This document shows positions 1 to 9,978 of a DNA stretch of 64,000 nucleotides, piece by piece. Source of the DNA: Candidatus Spongiisociaceae bacterium (lineage in GTDB: Bacteria; Actinomycetota; Acidimicrobiia; Spongiisociales; Spongiisociaceae); the NCBI GenBank assembly GCA_965262915.1, contig OZ253564.1, forward strand, positions 3,616,001 to 3,680,000, written 5' to 3'. Positions within the stretch are counted from its first letter, which is position 1. Each line of letters starts with the position of its first letter. Position numbers and translations under genes: made by a program. Below the pieces are notes generated by a model. It worked only from the letters and a program-made list of their open reading frames with translations, did no database searches and was not told the origin of the DNA.

Positions 1-909
1 GTCCTTATCACGAACGATTCGCGCAAGACGCTGGAGTTGTCGTCGCTGCTCGCGGGGGTCGTCCTGGAGGGTGGGGCAACTCCTGTTGAGTTGACTATGA
101 CCAAGTTGGCCCGGCCCGGCGTTGCACTCCCCCACCTGATCGCCAAGGCCGCTCAGCACGCCGATGTGTGGATCGAACTCAACGAGATCTACATCCTGGG
201 GACTGTGGCGGACCATGACGCTCGACGAGCCGGGGTCCGTCGGTTCTACAGTCTCTCCGGAATGACCGTTGACGACCTGATCCTTCTTGAGTTGAAAGTG
301 AACCGATCGGCTCTGACGGAGCTCGGAGAACGCTTGGGAGTGTTGACAACCGGGAAGGAAGAACTGCGGATCACGTGTGGTAACGGATCCGACTTCCGCG
401 CGAGTATCCGCGACCGTGTCGCTATCCCTGACACGACCACCATGCCGCTCGGACAGACACATATCTCACCCGTCGAGGAGTCGGTAACCGGACGTCTGGT
501 GTTTGACGGAACTGCGTTTCCTCCCAAGTCGTTGGCGGTGCTGAGGGACACAACCACCGTAGAGTTCGCGGACGGACTTTCCCGAGTGACCGGTGACGGG
601 AGGGAAGACGAGGTATTGGCCAGTTGGCGGGAGTGGAACGATGATCCGGGAATCTACCGACTCAACCACGTCTCATATGGCTACCACCCCAATGTCCCGT
701 TGCCGACAGGTCGTCTCGTGGCGGACGAAAGGGTCTTCGGGTGCTTGTGTGTAGGTTTCGGCCCGCCCCAGCCCTACACGTGTCACTCCGATGTCACCAT
801 CCTCGGAGCGAACGTACACGTCGACGGCGAACCCATCCAGCTGAACGGACGTTATGTTGATTCCGAGGTGCGGAGGCTAGCCCGCTTCCTCAGGGCACCA
901 GGCTATTGA
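1..909 (+). CDS. M29 aminopeptidase / NicX (2,5-dihydroxypyridine dioxygenase)-like metalloprotein, 5'-truncated by the window edge
   Basis: Frame is open from base 1. Family-type segments LRITCGNGSDF, SPVEESVTGRLVFDG, HVSYGYHP, ERVFG and HSD. Confidence 0.65.
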   Translation, partial: VLITNDSRKTLELSSLLAGVVLEGGATPVELTMTKLARPGVALPHLIAKAAQHADVWIELNEIYILGTVADHDARRAGVRRFYSLSGMTVDDLILLELKVNRSALTELGERLGVLTTGKEELRITCGNGSDFRASIRDRVAIPDTTTMPLGQTHISPVEESVTGRLVFDGTAFPPKSLAVLRDTTTVEFADGLSRVTGDGREDEVLASWREWNDDPGIYRLNHVSYGYHPNVPLPTGRLVADERVFGCLCVGFGPPQPYTCHSDVTILGANVHVDGEPIQLNGRYVDSEVRRLARFLRAPGY

Positions 910-1114
910 GATAGCCGGAGGGAGGCATCGCTGTCATCCGGTACCCTGCTCGACGAAGCCGACAACGAGGACCGTCGGGTTGTCCAATGCCTCCCAGCGT
1001 ATTCTTGGATGTACGGTGCAACCGACTGGATATCCCGATGCGGACGACACCAAGAATCTATATGACAACTTCATCTAAGCCGACCCGGTTACCTATCGGT
1101 GTGCCGAACCGCCG

Positions 1115-1993
1115 GTGACCTACGTTAGGGCCGAGTCCATCTCCGAGGCGATCTCGCTCCTGGCGGATAACGGTCCGGATGCTCGGATCCTGGCGGGCGG
1201 CCAGAGCCTCATACCGATAATGTCCGCCGGGCTGGCCCGTCCTTCACTGCTGATCGACGTCATGCAGATCCAGGATGCTCCCCGGTTGGCATTGGCGGGC
1301 GATCATGTCCGTATCGGGTTTCGAGCGCGTCACATCGATGTCGAGCGAGCGGACAACGCTATCGCGACTGCCGCTCCGCTGCTTCCGGCAGCGGCTCCAT
1401 TCGTCGGAAACCGGGCGGTCAGAAATCGAGGCACCGTCGTAGGGAGCGTGGCCCACGCTGACCCGGCGGGAGAGTGGCCCGCCGTCGGGATCGCTCTCGA
1501 CGCAACCGCCCATCTGAGGAGCCGGACGGGATCCCGCCGAGTCCGGATCGCTGACCTCATCCTGGGTCCCATGTGGGCGGATCTGGCTCCAGATGAGATG
1601 ATCACCGCGATCGCGGTTCCCGTAGCCAGAATCGAAGCGGGCCATTCGGCGGGAGCCGGTGTCTACGAGTTGGCACATCGGCGCGGCGACTACGCGATTG
1701 TCGGATGTGTTGCCCAAGCTGTACTCGACCCCGAGGCAAGGATCGTAGACGCCCGCTTCGCTCTCTTCGGCCTTGGGAACGCTCCTTGGCGAAGCATCGA
1801 ACTCAACCAGGGTCTAACGGGTGCTCGTCGCAGCGATATCCCCGAACTGACCGCAGAGATCCCCGACCGCATCGATACCGTCACTGACGCCAAGGCGTCG
1901 GCAGGGTACCGGCGGCGGGTGTCCGGTGTGGTGACAGCGCGCGCATTGACACGTGCATTCGACGACGCACTTTCCGGTCTTGCTTCCGGATAG
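1115..1993 (+). CDS. FAD-binding (CoxM/CutM-like) subunit of a xanthine dehydrogenase-family molybdenum hydroxylase
   Basis: ILAGGQSLIP, VRNRGTVVGSVAHADPAGE, RRGDYAIVG, ASAGYRRR. Confidence 0.9.
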   Translation: MTYVRAESISEAISLLADNGPDARILAGGQSLIPIMSAGLARPSLLIDVMQIQDAPRLALAGDHVRIGFRARHIDVERADNAIATAAPLLPAAAPFVGNRAVRNRGTVVGSVAHADPAGEWPAVGIALDATAHLRSRTGSRRVRIADLILGPMWADLAPDEMITAIAVPVARIEAGHSAGAGVYELAHRRGDYAIVGCVAQAVLDPEARIVDARFALFGLGNAPWRSIELNQGLTGARRSDIPELTAEIPDRIDTVTDAKASAGYRRRVSGVVTARALTRAFDDALSGLASG

Positions 1994-2096
1994 GTACGCG
2001 GAGTAAGGCGCCGGGGCCCAAGCGAGCCGGCCGAGAACCTGGCAATACCTCTTCCCCTCTGTGCGCTCGCCCCCGGCGGTCGAAGTGGCGCCGTGC

Positions 2097-3314
2097 TCAG
2101 GGTCGTCTCCGGAAACGACCTGCCATGATCACCGATCCCAGGAACGCCATGGCTAATGACAGCGACCAGAGGACCAGATAGTCACCGCTGAGGTCCACAC
2201 TCCAGCCCTGGATAGGCGGTCCGATGCCGAGACCCGCCATGAATCCGAACATGATCACCCCCGATTGCGATCCCGCCTGGCTCGATCTTGCTCGACTTAT
2301 GACGGCCAGCATCCCGACCGAGTTCCATGAACTGGTCGTGAAACCCATCAGGAGGGCTCCGACTGCCAGCTGCCAAGCCCCGGCTCCATAAGGAGCAGCC
2401 AGTATCAGGCCGAATGAAACGACGCCACCTATAGCCTGCCACCGAAGCGTCTCCTCGAACCGGCCACTTCGGTCTGCAAGCCGCGCCCACACCACGCGGC
2501 CTACTACCGCAGCGAACCCAGTCAGACCGGCCGTGGCCCCGCTCAGTACCGGACTGAGGCCGAAGATCTCATGCGCGTAGAGCGGCATGAACGCTATCGC
2601 GGAATTGGCGAACCCCAGCAGGAACGCGAACACGGTAAGCACCACAAGGCCCCGATCAAGGCGAAGGTCAGCGACGCTGGACCCCCTGGACCGCTGATCC
2701 CCCGGATCTCGAGGAACGACGAATCCCACAGAGACCGCTGCGATGACCGTCAAGACTCCGACCATCCCGAGAGAGGCCCTCCACCCCAGATGCAGCGCCA
2801 GGGGCGGGAGCGCGACGCCGCTGGCAAGGAGCGCAAGAGACACCCCCGACTGCTTTACTCCGGTCACGATCCCTCTCCGTCGGGGCGAGAGGTGAAGGGC
2901 GATGGTCTTGTTGGTGGCGGAGTTGGCTGCCGACAGGGGCACGGACGCGATCGCAGAGGCCACGTACATGACCACCATGTTCCTGGCGATGGCGTATAGG
3001 AAGAACGACAATGCGCTCAACGCGAACACAGCAAGCAAAGAACGCTTGGCCCCGATCACATCAACTGCCCGTCCCGACGGGATGGCGACCACCGCGCCGA
3101 GGGCCGAACTCACCGCGATCACCGCTCCGAGTTCCGCCCGGGTTATCGAGAACTCGTCGATCAGGAAGCTCGCCAGGATACCCAGTGCATGCGAGGTCAT
3201 GGTGCTCACGGCCATCGCCAGCACCATGAGGGTCGTTAGCGCGACGGGGGTCCTGAAATCCTCTGTCACCAACAGCGGGCCTTTAGGAGGGTGCGGCAGA
3301 ACGGTGGGGCGCAA
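2097..3314 (-). CDS. MFS transporter (true start may be slightly downstream)
   Basis: About 12 hydrophobic segments. MFS motif A-like GRAVDVIGAKR and RLADRSGR. Confidence 0.85.
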   Translation of the reverse strand: MRPTVLPHPPKGPLLVTEDFRTPVALTTLMVLAMAVSTMTSHALGILASFLIDEFSITRAELGAVIAVSSALGAVVAIPSGRAVDVIGAKRSLLAVFALSALSFFLYAIARNMVVMYVASAIASVPLSAANSATNKTIALHLSPRRRGIVTGVKQSGVSLALLASGVALPPLALHLGWRASLGMVGVLTVIAAVSVGFVVPRDPGDQRSRGSSVADLRLDRGLVVLTVFAFLLGFANSAIAFMPLYAHEIFGLSPVLSGATAGLTGFAAVVGRVVWARLADRSGRFEETLRWQAIGGVVSFGLILAAPYGAGAWQLAVGALLMGFTTSSWNSVGMLAVISRARSSQAGSQSGVIMFGFMAGLGIGPPIQGWSVDLSGDYLVLWSLSLAMAFLGSVIMAGRFRRRP

Positions 3315-3664
3315 CGGCCCGTCTTCCTCTGAACAGGCATTATGTCATCGGCCGGCGAGCCGTGAAGAGGTTCCGCACCACCCTCCTGGCCCGACGGTCG
3401 AGCGTTGCAGCGATCCCCTCCGCACGCGAATACTCCGGGAGTCAGGCGTTGCAGCCCATGCCGCTTCTCGATCCACGACCTGCCCGCTGCCGCCAACCGA
3501 ACGACACGAACGCGTCACGGACGCGCGTCACGGCGCGGCGCCCCGACACTACAAGTCTCGTCAGATGAGATTTCTCGACTCCACACAGATTTCAGTACCA
3601 GGGTACCTGTCACCGGAGTAAGCCCGCCGTTATACTCTTCGTGATCTCACGGAGGTTCCCGCTT

Positions 3665-3712
3665 GACTGCAGTTCGGATTGTGAACGCTCATCAGCATCC
3701 CGAACTGCAGTC
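3665..3712. repeat. 13-bp perfect inverted repeat in the divergent intergenic region
   Basis: GACTGCAGTTCGG (3665-3677) and CCGAACTGCAGTC (3700-3712). Confidence 0.6.
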
Positions 3713-3799
3713 CCGGCGCCCAAACCCAACCGTTCCTCGTGTCCACGCTTCCGATAGATCCGAACGGCTCAATCCTCATCCTCCAGACGGCGCGGACCC

Positions 3800-4630
3800 G
3801 TGGCCCCAATAACCGCGGCGCCTGACCCCGATCCTCGCGCGCGATCGGTGAGGCGTCCCGCCGTCGTTACACGTGACCTATCGATCGTCTACGGCTCCGG
3901 CAAAGACGCGGTCGTTGCACTCGACGGTTTCAACGCCACGTTCGACGAGAACGAGTTCGTAGCGATCATCGGTCCGTCCGGATGTGGCAAGTCATCGCTC
4001 CTGAAAGCCATCTGCGATCTCTTGCCCGGCGAGGTCGTACAAGGTGTGATTGAAGTCCATGGAAAATCACCTTATGACGCTCGTCGTGACAACGCGTTCG
4101 CCTTCGTATTCCAGGATCCGGTACTGGCTCCTTGGCGTACGGTCGTAGGAAATGTATCACTTCCTCTTGAAGTCGTTGATTCGGACCGATCCGACATCCA
4201 TACGAGGCCGCAAGAACTCGTGGAACTAGTTGGCCTCAGCGGATTCGAGAACGCTTTGCCCCATTCGCTGTCGGGAGGCATGAGGCAGCGTGTGGCGATA
4301 GCACGCGCGCTCACCCTCGATCCGTCGATTCTGCTGTTGGACGAACCATTCGGTTCTTTGGATGAGTTGACACGGGACTACATGCATGACGAACTCCTAA
4401 AAATATGGCGTACCACAGAGGCTAGCGTACTACTGATAACGCACTCTATTCCGGAGGCCGTATATCTCTCCGACCGCGTATTGGTCCTCAGCGCCCGCCC
4501 AGGTCGGCTGGTCGGCTCAGTCGATATTCCATTCTCTCGCCCACGAGACCCGGACATCAAGACATCGATAGAGTTTCTGAAGAAGACGAACGAAGTTAGA
4601 GCATCCCTCAGCCAGGAGTTCTATGACTGA
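3800..4630 (+). CDS. ABC transporter ATP-binding protein, NitT/TauT family
   Basis: Walker A GPSGCGKS, signature LSGGMRQR, Walker B LLLDEPF, ITHS. Confidence 0.95.
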   Translation: MAPITAAPDPDPRARSVRRPAVVTRDLSIVYGSGKDAVVALDGFNATFDENEFVAIIGPSGCGKSSLLKAICDLLPGEVVQGVIEVHGKSPYDARRDNAFAFVFQDPVLAPWRTVVGNVSLPLEVVDSDRSDIHTRPQELVELVGLSGFENALPHSLSGGMRQRVAIARALTLDPSILLLDEPFGSLDELTRDYMHDELLKIWRTTEASVLLITHSIPEAVYLSDRVLVLSARPGRLVGSVDIPFSRPRDPDIKTSIEFLKKTNEVRASLSQEFYD

Positions 4631-4645
4631 AAGCTTGCGAACAAC

Positions 4646-5485
4646 ATGAGCAGCGAGTCAGGTGGCCGGTCAGCTTCCGATCTCCGGGTTGCGGTGATAC
4701 CACCTGAGCAGCAGCCCAGACGCCTGCAAGAGATCGCCAAGAGATCGATGGTCCTCGTCGTGCTCATCGCTACGATTCTTGTTTGGGAAGCGTGGGTCCG
4801 ATGGCGAGAGATTCCCAACTACCTATTTCCTAGGCCGACGACCGTCGTGGATCGGTTCGTGGCTAAGCCAAGTGTGATGGCCGAGGCCTTCTTCTTCACC
4901 TTGTGGGAGTCACTAATCGGATTCGTCCTTGCGTCTTTGGTCGGGATTGCTCTAGCGATACTCATCGCTCGATCCGCGCTGCTGGAACGGCTCGTATATC
5001 CGTACCTGAATATCATCAGGGTCACACCGATTATTGCCATAGCTCCTCTGTTGACGATCTGGTTCGGTCACGGAATACTTCCCCAAGCGCTGATCGCCGC
5101 CCTGATCGCCTTCTTTCCGATCGTCGTAACAACCGTTCTCGGCCTGAAGTCCGTAGATCCGGAGCTGGTCAGTCTGATGAAACTCCTGAATGCCACCGAG
5201 GCGAAGGAACTCTGGAAGATCAGGCTTCCCAATGCCCTACCCTACATCTTCTCAGCCTTCAGGATATCGGCGCCGTTGACCGTTGTGGGGGCCCTCGTCG
5301 GCGAGTTCGTCGGAGGTGCCCAAGGTCTGGGTTGGATCCTGATCACCGCGAGGGGTCGTCTGGATACGAGCACCGTGTTCCTGATGGTTGTGCTAGCTGT
5401 GCTACTTGGAATTGCATCGTTCACGATCGTCGTCGCTTTCGAGAAGAGGTTTGTCAAGTGGCACCCCGCTGTCGTACTCGAATAG
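4646..5485 (+). CDS. ABC transporter permease, NitT/TauT family
   Basis: Hydrophobic. TPIIAIAPL, FFPIVV, LPNALP, VGEF. Confidence 0.92.
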   Translation: MSSESGGRSASDLRVAVIPPEQQPRRLQEIAKRSMVLVVLIATILVWEAWVRWREIPNYLFPRPTTVVDRFVAKPSVMAEAFFFTLWESLIGFVLASLVGIALAILIARSALLERLVYPYLNIIRVTPIIAIAPLLTIWFGHGILPQALIAALIAFFPIVVTTVLGLKSVDPELVSLMKLLNATEAKELWKIRLPNALPYIFSAFRISAPLTVVGALVGEFVGGAQGLGWILITARGRLDTSTVFLMVVLAVLLGIASFTIVVAFEKRFVKWHPAVVLE

Positions 5486-5556
5486 CCGGGGAGCAACACA
5501 AGGAAGGACAGAGAAAGCCGTTCTTCTGGACGGCACGAACGGAAGGAAGGAAAAGC

Positions 5557-6597
5557 GTGAAGTTAATGAAACTCGTATTCGGGCGAGGTGCGAATTCGCC
5601 CCGACGGTCGATCGCAAAGGCCTTGGTTCTGGTTGCAGTGGTGTCGCTGGTCGCAGCCGCGTGCGCCGAAGAAGAAGCCGATGATGTGGTGATCCGTTTC
5701 AGCTTCGACTGGAAGATGGACGGCGACTGGGCCCCGCTGATCTGGGCCGGCGAAAACGGCTACTTCGAGGAAGAGGGTCTCAACGTCGAGTGGATGGAGG
5801 GCGACGGATCGAGCGCCGTACTGCCGCTTCTCGGCACAGGTGAACTCGAGATCGGGCAGATATCGGCGCCACCGCTCGTCCTGAGCGTTCCCGAAGGGAT
5901 CCCGGTAACGGTCGTAGGTGTCCAAGGGACGGGCAGCCCGAATGTGTTCCTCTGCGACCCGTCGATCCAAACGCCCGCCGACCTGGCCGGAAAGAAGTAT
6001 GCCGACCAAGTGGGTGAGTTCGAACACGCACTGTGGATCGCGTGGACGGCCGCGAACAACGTGAACATCGCTGACGTGGATGTCGTACCCGCCACCGGTC
6101 AGAGCGGCGACGTTCTCTTCATAGAAGGAGAACTCGACTGCTACATCGACTTCTGGACGTCGGGAGTGATACCCGAGGTGTTGAACGCACGTGACGGCGA
6201 GGAGTCCCTCTTCTTCGTGCGGGACAGCCTGGCCATCTACGGGCAGTCCATGGCGGTCAACAACGACTTCCTGGCCGAGCATCCTGACGCGGTCAGAGGG
6301 TTCCTGCGTGCCTACGCGAAGGGTGTCCAGTACGCAGTCAACAACCGTGACGCGACGCTGCAGAAACTCATCGACGAGATGCCGGCGAACGATCCGAACT
6401 CGTTGGCGTGGTCGATCGACCGGTACATCGAGCAGTGGGATAACGAACTGTCGCGGGCTGAAGGAATCCTGGCCTTCGAGGCGAGAGGTTTCGAAGCGAC
6501 GAAGCAAGCCCTGGTGGAGGCCGACCTGATGCCGGACGTGGACATCAGCGGTCTCTATACGTTCGACTATCTGCCGGATCCGCCCATAAAGCCCTAA
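5557..6597 (+). CDS. ABC substrate-binding lipoprotein, NMT1/THI5 family
   Basis: 3' part of the 4903..6597 ORF. Lipobox VAAAC, then FDW..DG..AP...ENGYFEEEGLNV. Confidence 0.88.
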   Translation: MKLMKLVFGRGANSPRRSIAKALVLVAVVSLVAAACAEEEADDVVIRFSFDWKMDGDWAPLIWAGENGYFEEEGLNVEWMEGDGSSAVLPLLGTGELEIGQISAPPLVLSVPEGIPVTVVGVQGTGSPNVFLCDPSIQTPADLAGKKYADQVGEFEHALWIAWTAANNVNIADVDVVPATGQSGDVLFIEGELDCYIDFWTSGVIPEVLNARDGEESLFFVRDSLAIYGQSMAVNNDFLAEHPDAVRGFLRAYAKGVQYAVNNRDATLQKLIDEMPANDPNSLAWSIDRYIEQWDNELSRAEGILAFEARGFEATKQALVEADLMPDVDISGLYTFDYLPDPPIKP

Positions 6598-6681
6598 CCA
6601 TCCAGTTGGCGTGTCGGCCACCTTCGGGAAGTTCCTCGAGGGTGGCCGACACCCATCGAACCTGTAGATTCGAGAAACCGA

Positions 6682-7659
6682 ATGAACGGCGTAACGACAG
6701 TCTCCACGGAGGCTCTTCGTAACTACTGGCACCCGGTGGCGTTCTCCGCCGATGTAACGGACCGTCCCCGCGCTATCACCTTGCTCGACGAACGGGTGGT
6801 TCTCTACAGGACCGCTAGCGGACAAGCCGTTGCCCACAAGGACCTGTGCATTCACCGGGGGACGCCTCTGTCGCTCGGCTGGGTCGAGGAGGAGACGCTG
6901 GTGTGCGCCTACCACGGCTGGTCGTACGCACCGGACGGCAAATGCATCCGCATTCCCTCAGTGGACCCGGCTCGCAAGATCCCACCGAAAGCCCGACTGA
7001 CCACGTTCAAGGTCGATGAGCGGTACGGAATCGTCTGGGTGTGTTTCGGAGAGCCTGCTGCGCCCGTAGCCGACTTCCCGGAATTCGACGACGCGAGTTT
7101 CCGAACATTCCTCACCGAACAGGACGATTGGAACGCAAACGCGGCCCGGCTGGTCGAGAACTTCGTGGACACCGCCCACTTCGCCTGGGTTCATCCCGGC
7201 CTTCTGGGAAACCGGGACAAGCCGCGGGTTCCTCCCATCACGGTCTCCCCCAAGGCACATACAATCGATGTGACCATCAGGATGGAAGTCGCGAACGCGG
7301 TGCACAAGGGCGCGTACAGCGAGATATACGACCAGATAACCCTCCCGTTCACCCTGCGGCAGGTGAGAACCGATCCGGACGGAGGACGTCACATCGTCTT
7401 CCTGGCCATATCTCCGGTCAGTTCGAACCGACTCCGGCGGTTTTCCTACAAGATGCGTGACTACGATCTCGATGCTCCCAACGATCGTTTTATCGAGAAA
7501 TCGTCGATCGTTGCCGCACAGGACCGGGCCATCGTGGAGGAGCAACGACCGGAAGAGCTTCCGGTGAACCTGACCGCCGAGCTCCACATCAAGGGTCCGG
7601 ACGACCCGGCCCTGGTGTACCGGAAGGCCTTGGCCGCCATCGGAGTGGAAGTTCATTGA
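6682..7659 (+). CDS. Rieske non-heme iron oxygenase (VanA/NdmA-like demethylase group)
   Basis: Rieske motifs CIHRG and CAYHGW. Mononuclear Fe site ENFVDTAHFAWVH. C-terminal QD..IVE.QRPEELP. Confidence 0.9.
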   Translation: MNGVTTVSTEALRNYWHPVAFSADVTDRPRAITLLDERVVLYRTASGQAVAHKDLCIHRGTPLSLGWVEEETLVCAYHGWSYAPDGKCIRIPSVDPARKIPPKARLTTFKVDERYGIVWVCFGEPAAPVADFPEFDDASFRTFLTEQDDWNANAARLVENFVDTAHFAWVHPGLLGNRDKPRVPPITVSPKAHTIDVTIRMEVANAVHKGAYSEIYDQITLPFTLRQVRTDPDGGRHIVFLAISPVSSNRLRRFSYKMRDYDLDAPNDRFIEKSSIVAAQDRAIVEEQRPEELPVNLTAELHIKGPDDPALVYRKALAAIGVEVH

Positions 7660-7809
7660 ACGTCCTCTCCGGCCGATGTACTCGAAGGCGGGGGAGGTGC
7701 GGCTCTGACCGGCGACTCGGCAAGTCTCCGACTCGGATTCCGAGTTCTCCACGTCCGGGCGGGAACGAACCGACTTTGATCCCCAAGACATGAGGAGTCA
7801 CCCCCCCGG

Positions 7810-8643
7810 ATGATCATTGACATGCACGCAAACCTCCTCCCCGATGAGCCGGAAGCCATCGAGCAGATGCGCTACATCGGCAACGTGATCGCCGATCCAG
7901 CTCAATGTACGCTGTCAGGTACCCTCGACCGCCTCGACACTCACGGCATAGATCGAGCAGTGGTATGGCGTATCGGCAGATCGGCCGGCGAGTGTCGACG
8001 CAACAATGAGTTCATCGCCGACGCCGCGGCGCTCCATCCCGATCGGCTCATTCCCTTCGCGACCGTGTGGCCACACGACCCGAACGAGGCGGCCACCGAG
8101 GCGGAGCGCGCCGTCCTCGAATTGGGGATGAGAGGTATCAAGCTGCATCCGGTGCTGATGGAGGAAGAGATAGGAGGGTCCGGGTTTCTCACGGTGGTCG
8201 AGTGCGCTCGGGAGTTGGGGGTTCCTTTCGTGACCCACGTCAACCTCACGGTTCTGGGCCAGCTCACGCCAGGCGGTCCGTACACAGCAGCCGATCGGCC
8301 GCGTCCCGAGGACCGATCCCGGTTCGCGGAGCCGGAGGGACTCTCGGAGGTCCTGAAAGTGTGGGACTCCCCCCAGGTACAGGCCGCACATATGGGGGGA
8401 CTCTGGCTCGACGAGGTCCGCTCGTCGACGATCACGTTCCAGACCACCGGCGCATCGCGCCACGTCCTCCAGTGGGCGGTCGACACGATCGGCGCCGAGA
8501 GGATCGTCTTCGGCGCCGACTACCCGTTCTACTTCGTCGACGACGAGCTGGCCAAGGTGAACGCTCTGGAGGCGTCGCGCGCCGAGAAGGGAGCGATCCT
8601 CTCCGGCAACGCACTCACGCGGGTCCTGTCCCTCCCTGCGTAG
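7810..8643 (+). CDS. Amidohydrolase_2 family protein
   Basis: IIDMH, GIKLHP, AHMGG, IVFGADYP. Confidence 0.85.
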   Translation: MIIDMHANLLPDEPEAIEQMRYIGNVIADPAQCTLSGTLDRLDTHGIDRAVVWRIGRSAGECRRNNEFIADAAALHPDRLIPFATVWPHDPNEAATEAERAVLELGMRGIKLHPVLMEEEIGGSGFLTVVECARELGVPFVTHVNLTVLGQLTPGGPYTAADRPRPEDRSRFAEPEGLSEVLKVWDSPQVQAAHMGGLWLDEVRSSTITFQTTGASRHVLQWAVDTIGAERIVFGADYPFYFVDDELAKVNALEASRAEKGAILSGNALTRVLSLPA

Positions 8644-8721
8644 TAGGGTCTTTGCGACCACCCCTGACCAGGCACATCGCCCGAGAGCACGAGACGACGT
8701 CACCTCTAGTACTAGCCCTGA

Positions 8722-8853
8722 TTCACTCATACTGGGGGGTGCCCCGTTTGTTGGGGGGTCGGTGCGATGATGGGGGTGGCCCCCCGGTCCAAGGGGCCAC
8801 CCCCATCATCGCAGGCAGCCCCCAAAGGAAAGAGCCATTCCATTATGAGTGAA
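8722..8853. repeat. Palindromic element: 10-bp terminal IR enclosing a 21-bp perfect hairpin, between convergent genes
   Basis: TTCACTCATA (8722-8731) / TATGAGTGAA (8844-8853). Inner arms TGCGATGATGGGGGTGGCCCC (8763-8783) / GGGGCCACCCCCATCATCGCA (8793-8813). Confidence 0.7.
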
Positions 8854-9490
8854 ATTCAATGATCGAGACTGGTGACTTTCAATGATCGTCAACATGGTGT
8901 CTTCGAGGAAGAGACGCTCCGGGATGTGGACAAGCCAGCGCTCGTATTGTTCGTAGCTCCAGCCGAGATCCTCGATAAGCCTGCGGACAACCGGTGCACT
9001 GTCGATGGCGAGGATCAGATCGATGGCCTCGTCTTTGGAGACATCTGCGCGAAGAACTTCGGGTGGAAAGAGGATGTCGAATACTGTTTCGGAGTCTTGC
9101 CGCTTGCCTTGCACTGCTTGGTGGGCGAGTTCTCGGAGCCTGGTGTCGGTGGCGATCGTGTCGAAGATCATGGTCTCGAACTCCAGCATTCCGGATTCCC
9201 ACATTGCTCTCGAGAGTCGGGCGGCTATGCGCATCCGCTGTCTCGGGTCGGTTTCGAGGCGTAGGGCACTCCACGCCTCAGACTCGCCGATGGAAACAGG
9301 GTCCTCCTGTCAGGCGACAACCCGCTCGGCTACTGCATAGAGCAAAGAAGTCCTATCTCCGAAAGCGTCGTAGACAGTCTGTCGGGCCACTTGGGCATGC
9401 TCGGCGATTGCCTCGATCGATGTGGCGGCGTACCCCTTCTCCAGAAACAGCTGGTGTGCCGCGTCGAGGATTGCCCGTCGAGTCGCATCA
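8806..9490 (-). pseudogene. TetR family regulator with an in-frame nonsense codon
   Basis: HTH ATRRAILDAAHQLFLEKGYAATSIEAIAEHAQVARQTVYDAFG. TGA at 9310-9312, then the same frame continues into ORF 8806..9234. Confidence 0.85.
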
Positions 9491-9972
9491 CCGGTGCGGT
9501 GGGTAATGATGAAACAATCTATGTCCTCGTCCCACTCCCCTCCGTGCACATCGATCACGGCATATGAGCGTTCTATGAATTCGGTTGTGATCTTGTGGGC
9601 TATCCGCTATGTCAGGGTGGCGTCTGGCTTGCCTGGCCATCCACAATTCAGATTCTTGCCATCAAGCGGATTGACGTAGGCGCTATGCCCTTCCAATGCG
9701 GCACTATCGGCGCAGAGAACCACTCGAACCGAGCCTTTAAGGCTCGCCTGATCGATTTCATACCCAAACTCTAGAGTTCCCTCCTGTGCCGCATATTCAG
9801 TACCGTGAGCGCCCCCGATCACTGCCACACCTGGACCTTCCTCGTCTCCGACTGCAACTCCTACTGGGATCTGTGCTGTGTAGTTGTAGCTCGGAACATC
9901 GATCTCGAATGTGACGATCTCTTTACTTGCCACATCCTCGACTCCGATCGGTGTAGCCGCTCGGAAGGTCAA
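9490..9972 (-). pseudogene. Succinylglutamate desuccinylase/aspartoacylase (M14-like) N-terminal fragment
   Basis: GAHGTE and DGKNLN..WPG. In-frame TAG at 9607-9609, then RIAH...VIDVHGG, then runs in frame into the TetR HTH. Confidence 0.8.
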
Positions 9973-9978
9973 CTGGCA

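Noticed and set aside
4903-5556. N-terminal 220 aa of the 564-aa ORF as a fusion domain
   Set aside because: It overlaps the permease in another frame. The real protein begins near 5557 with a lipoprotein signal.
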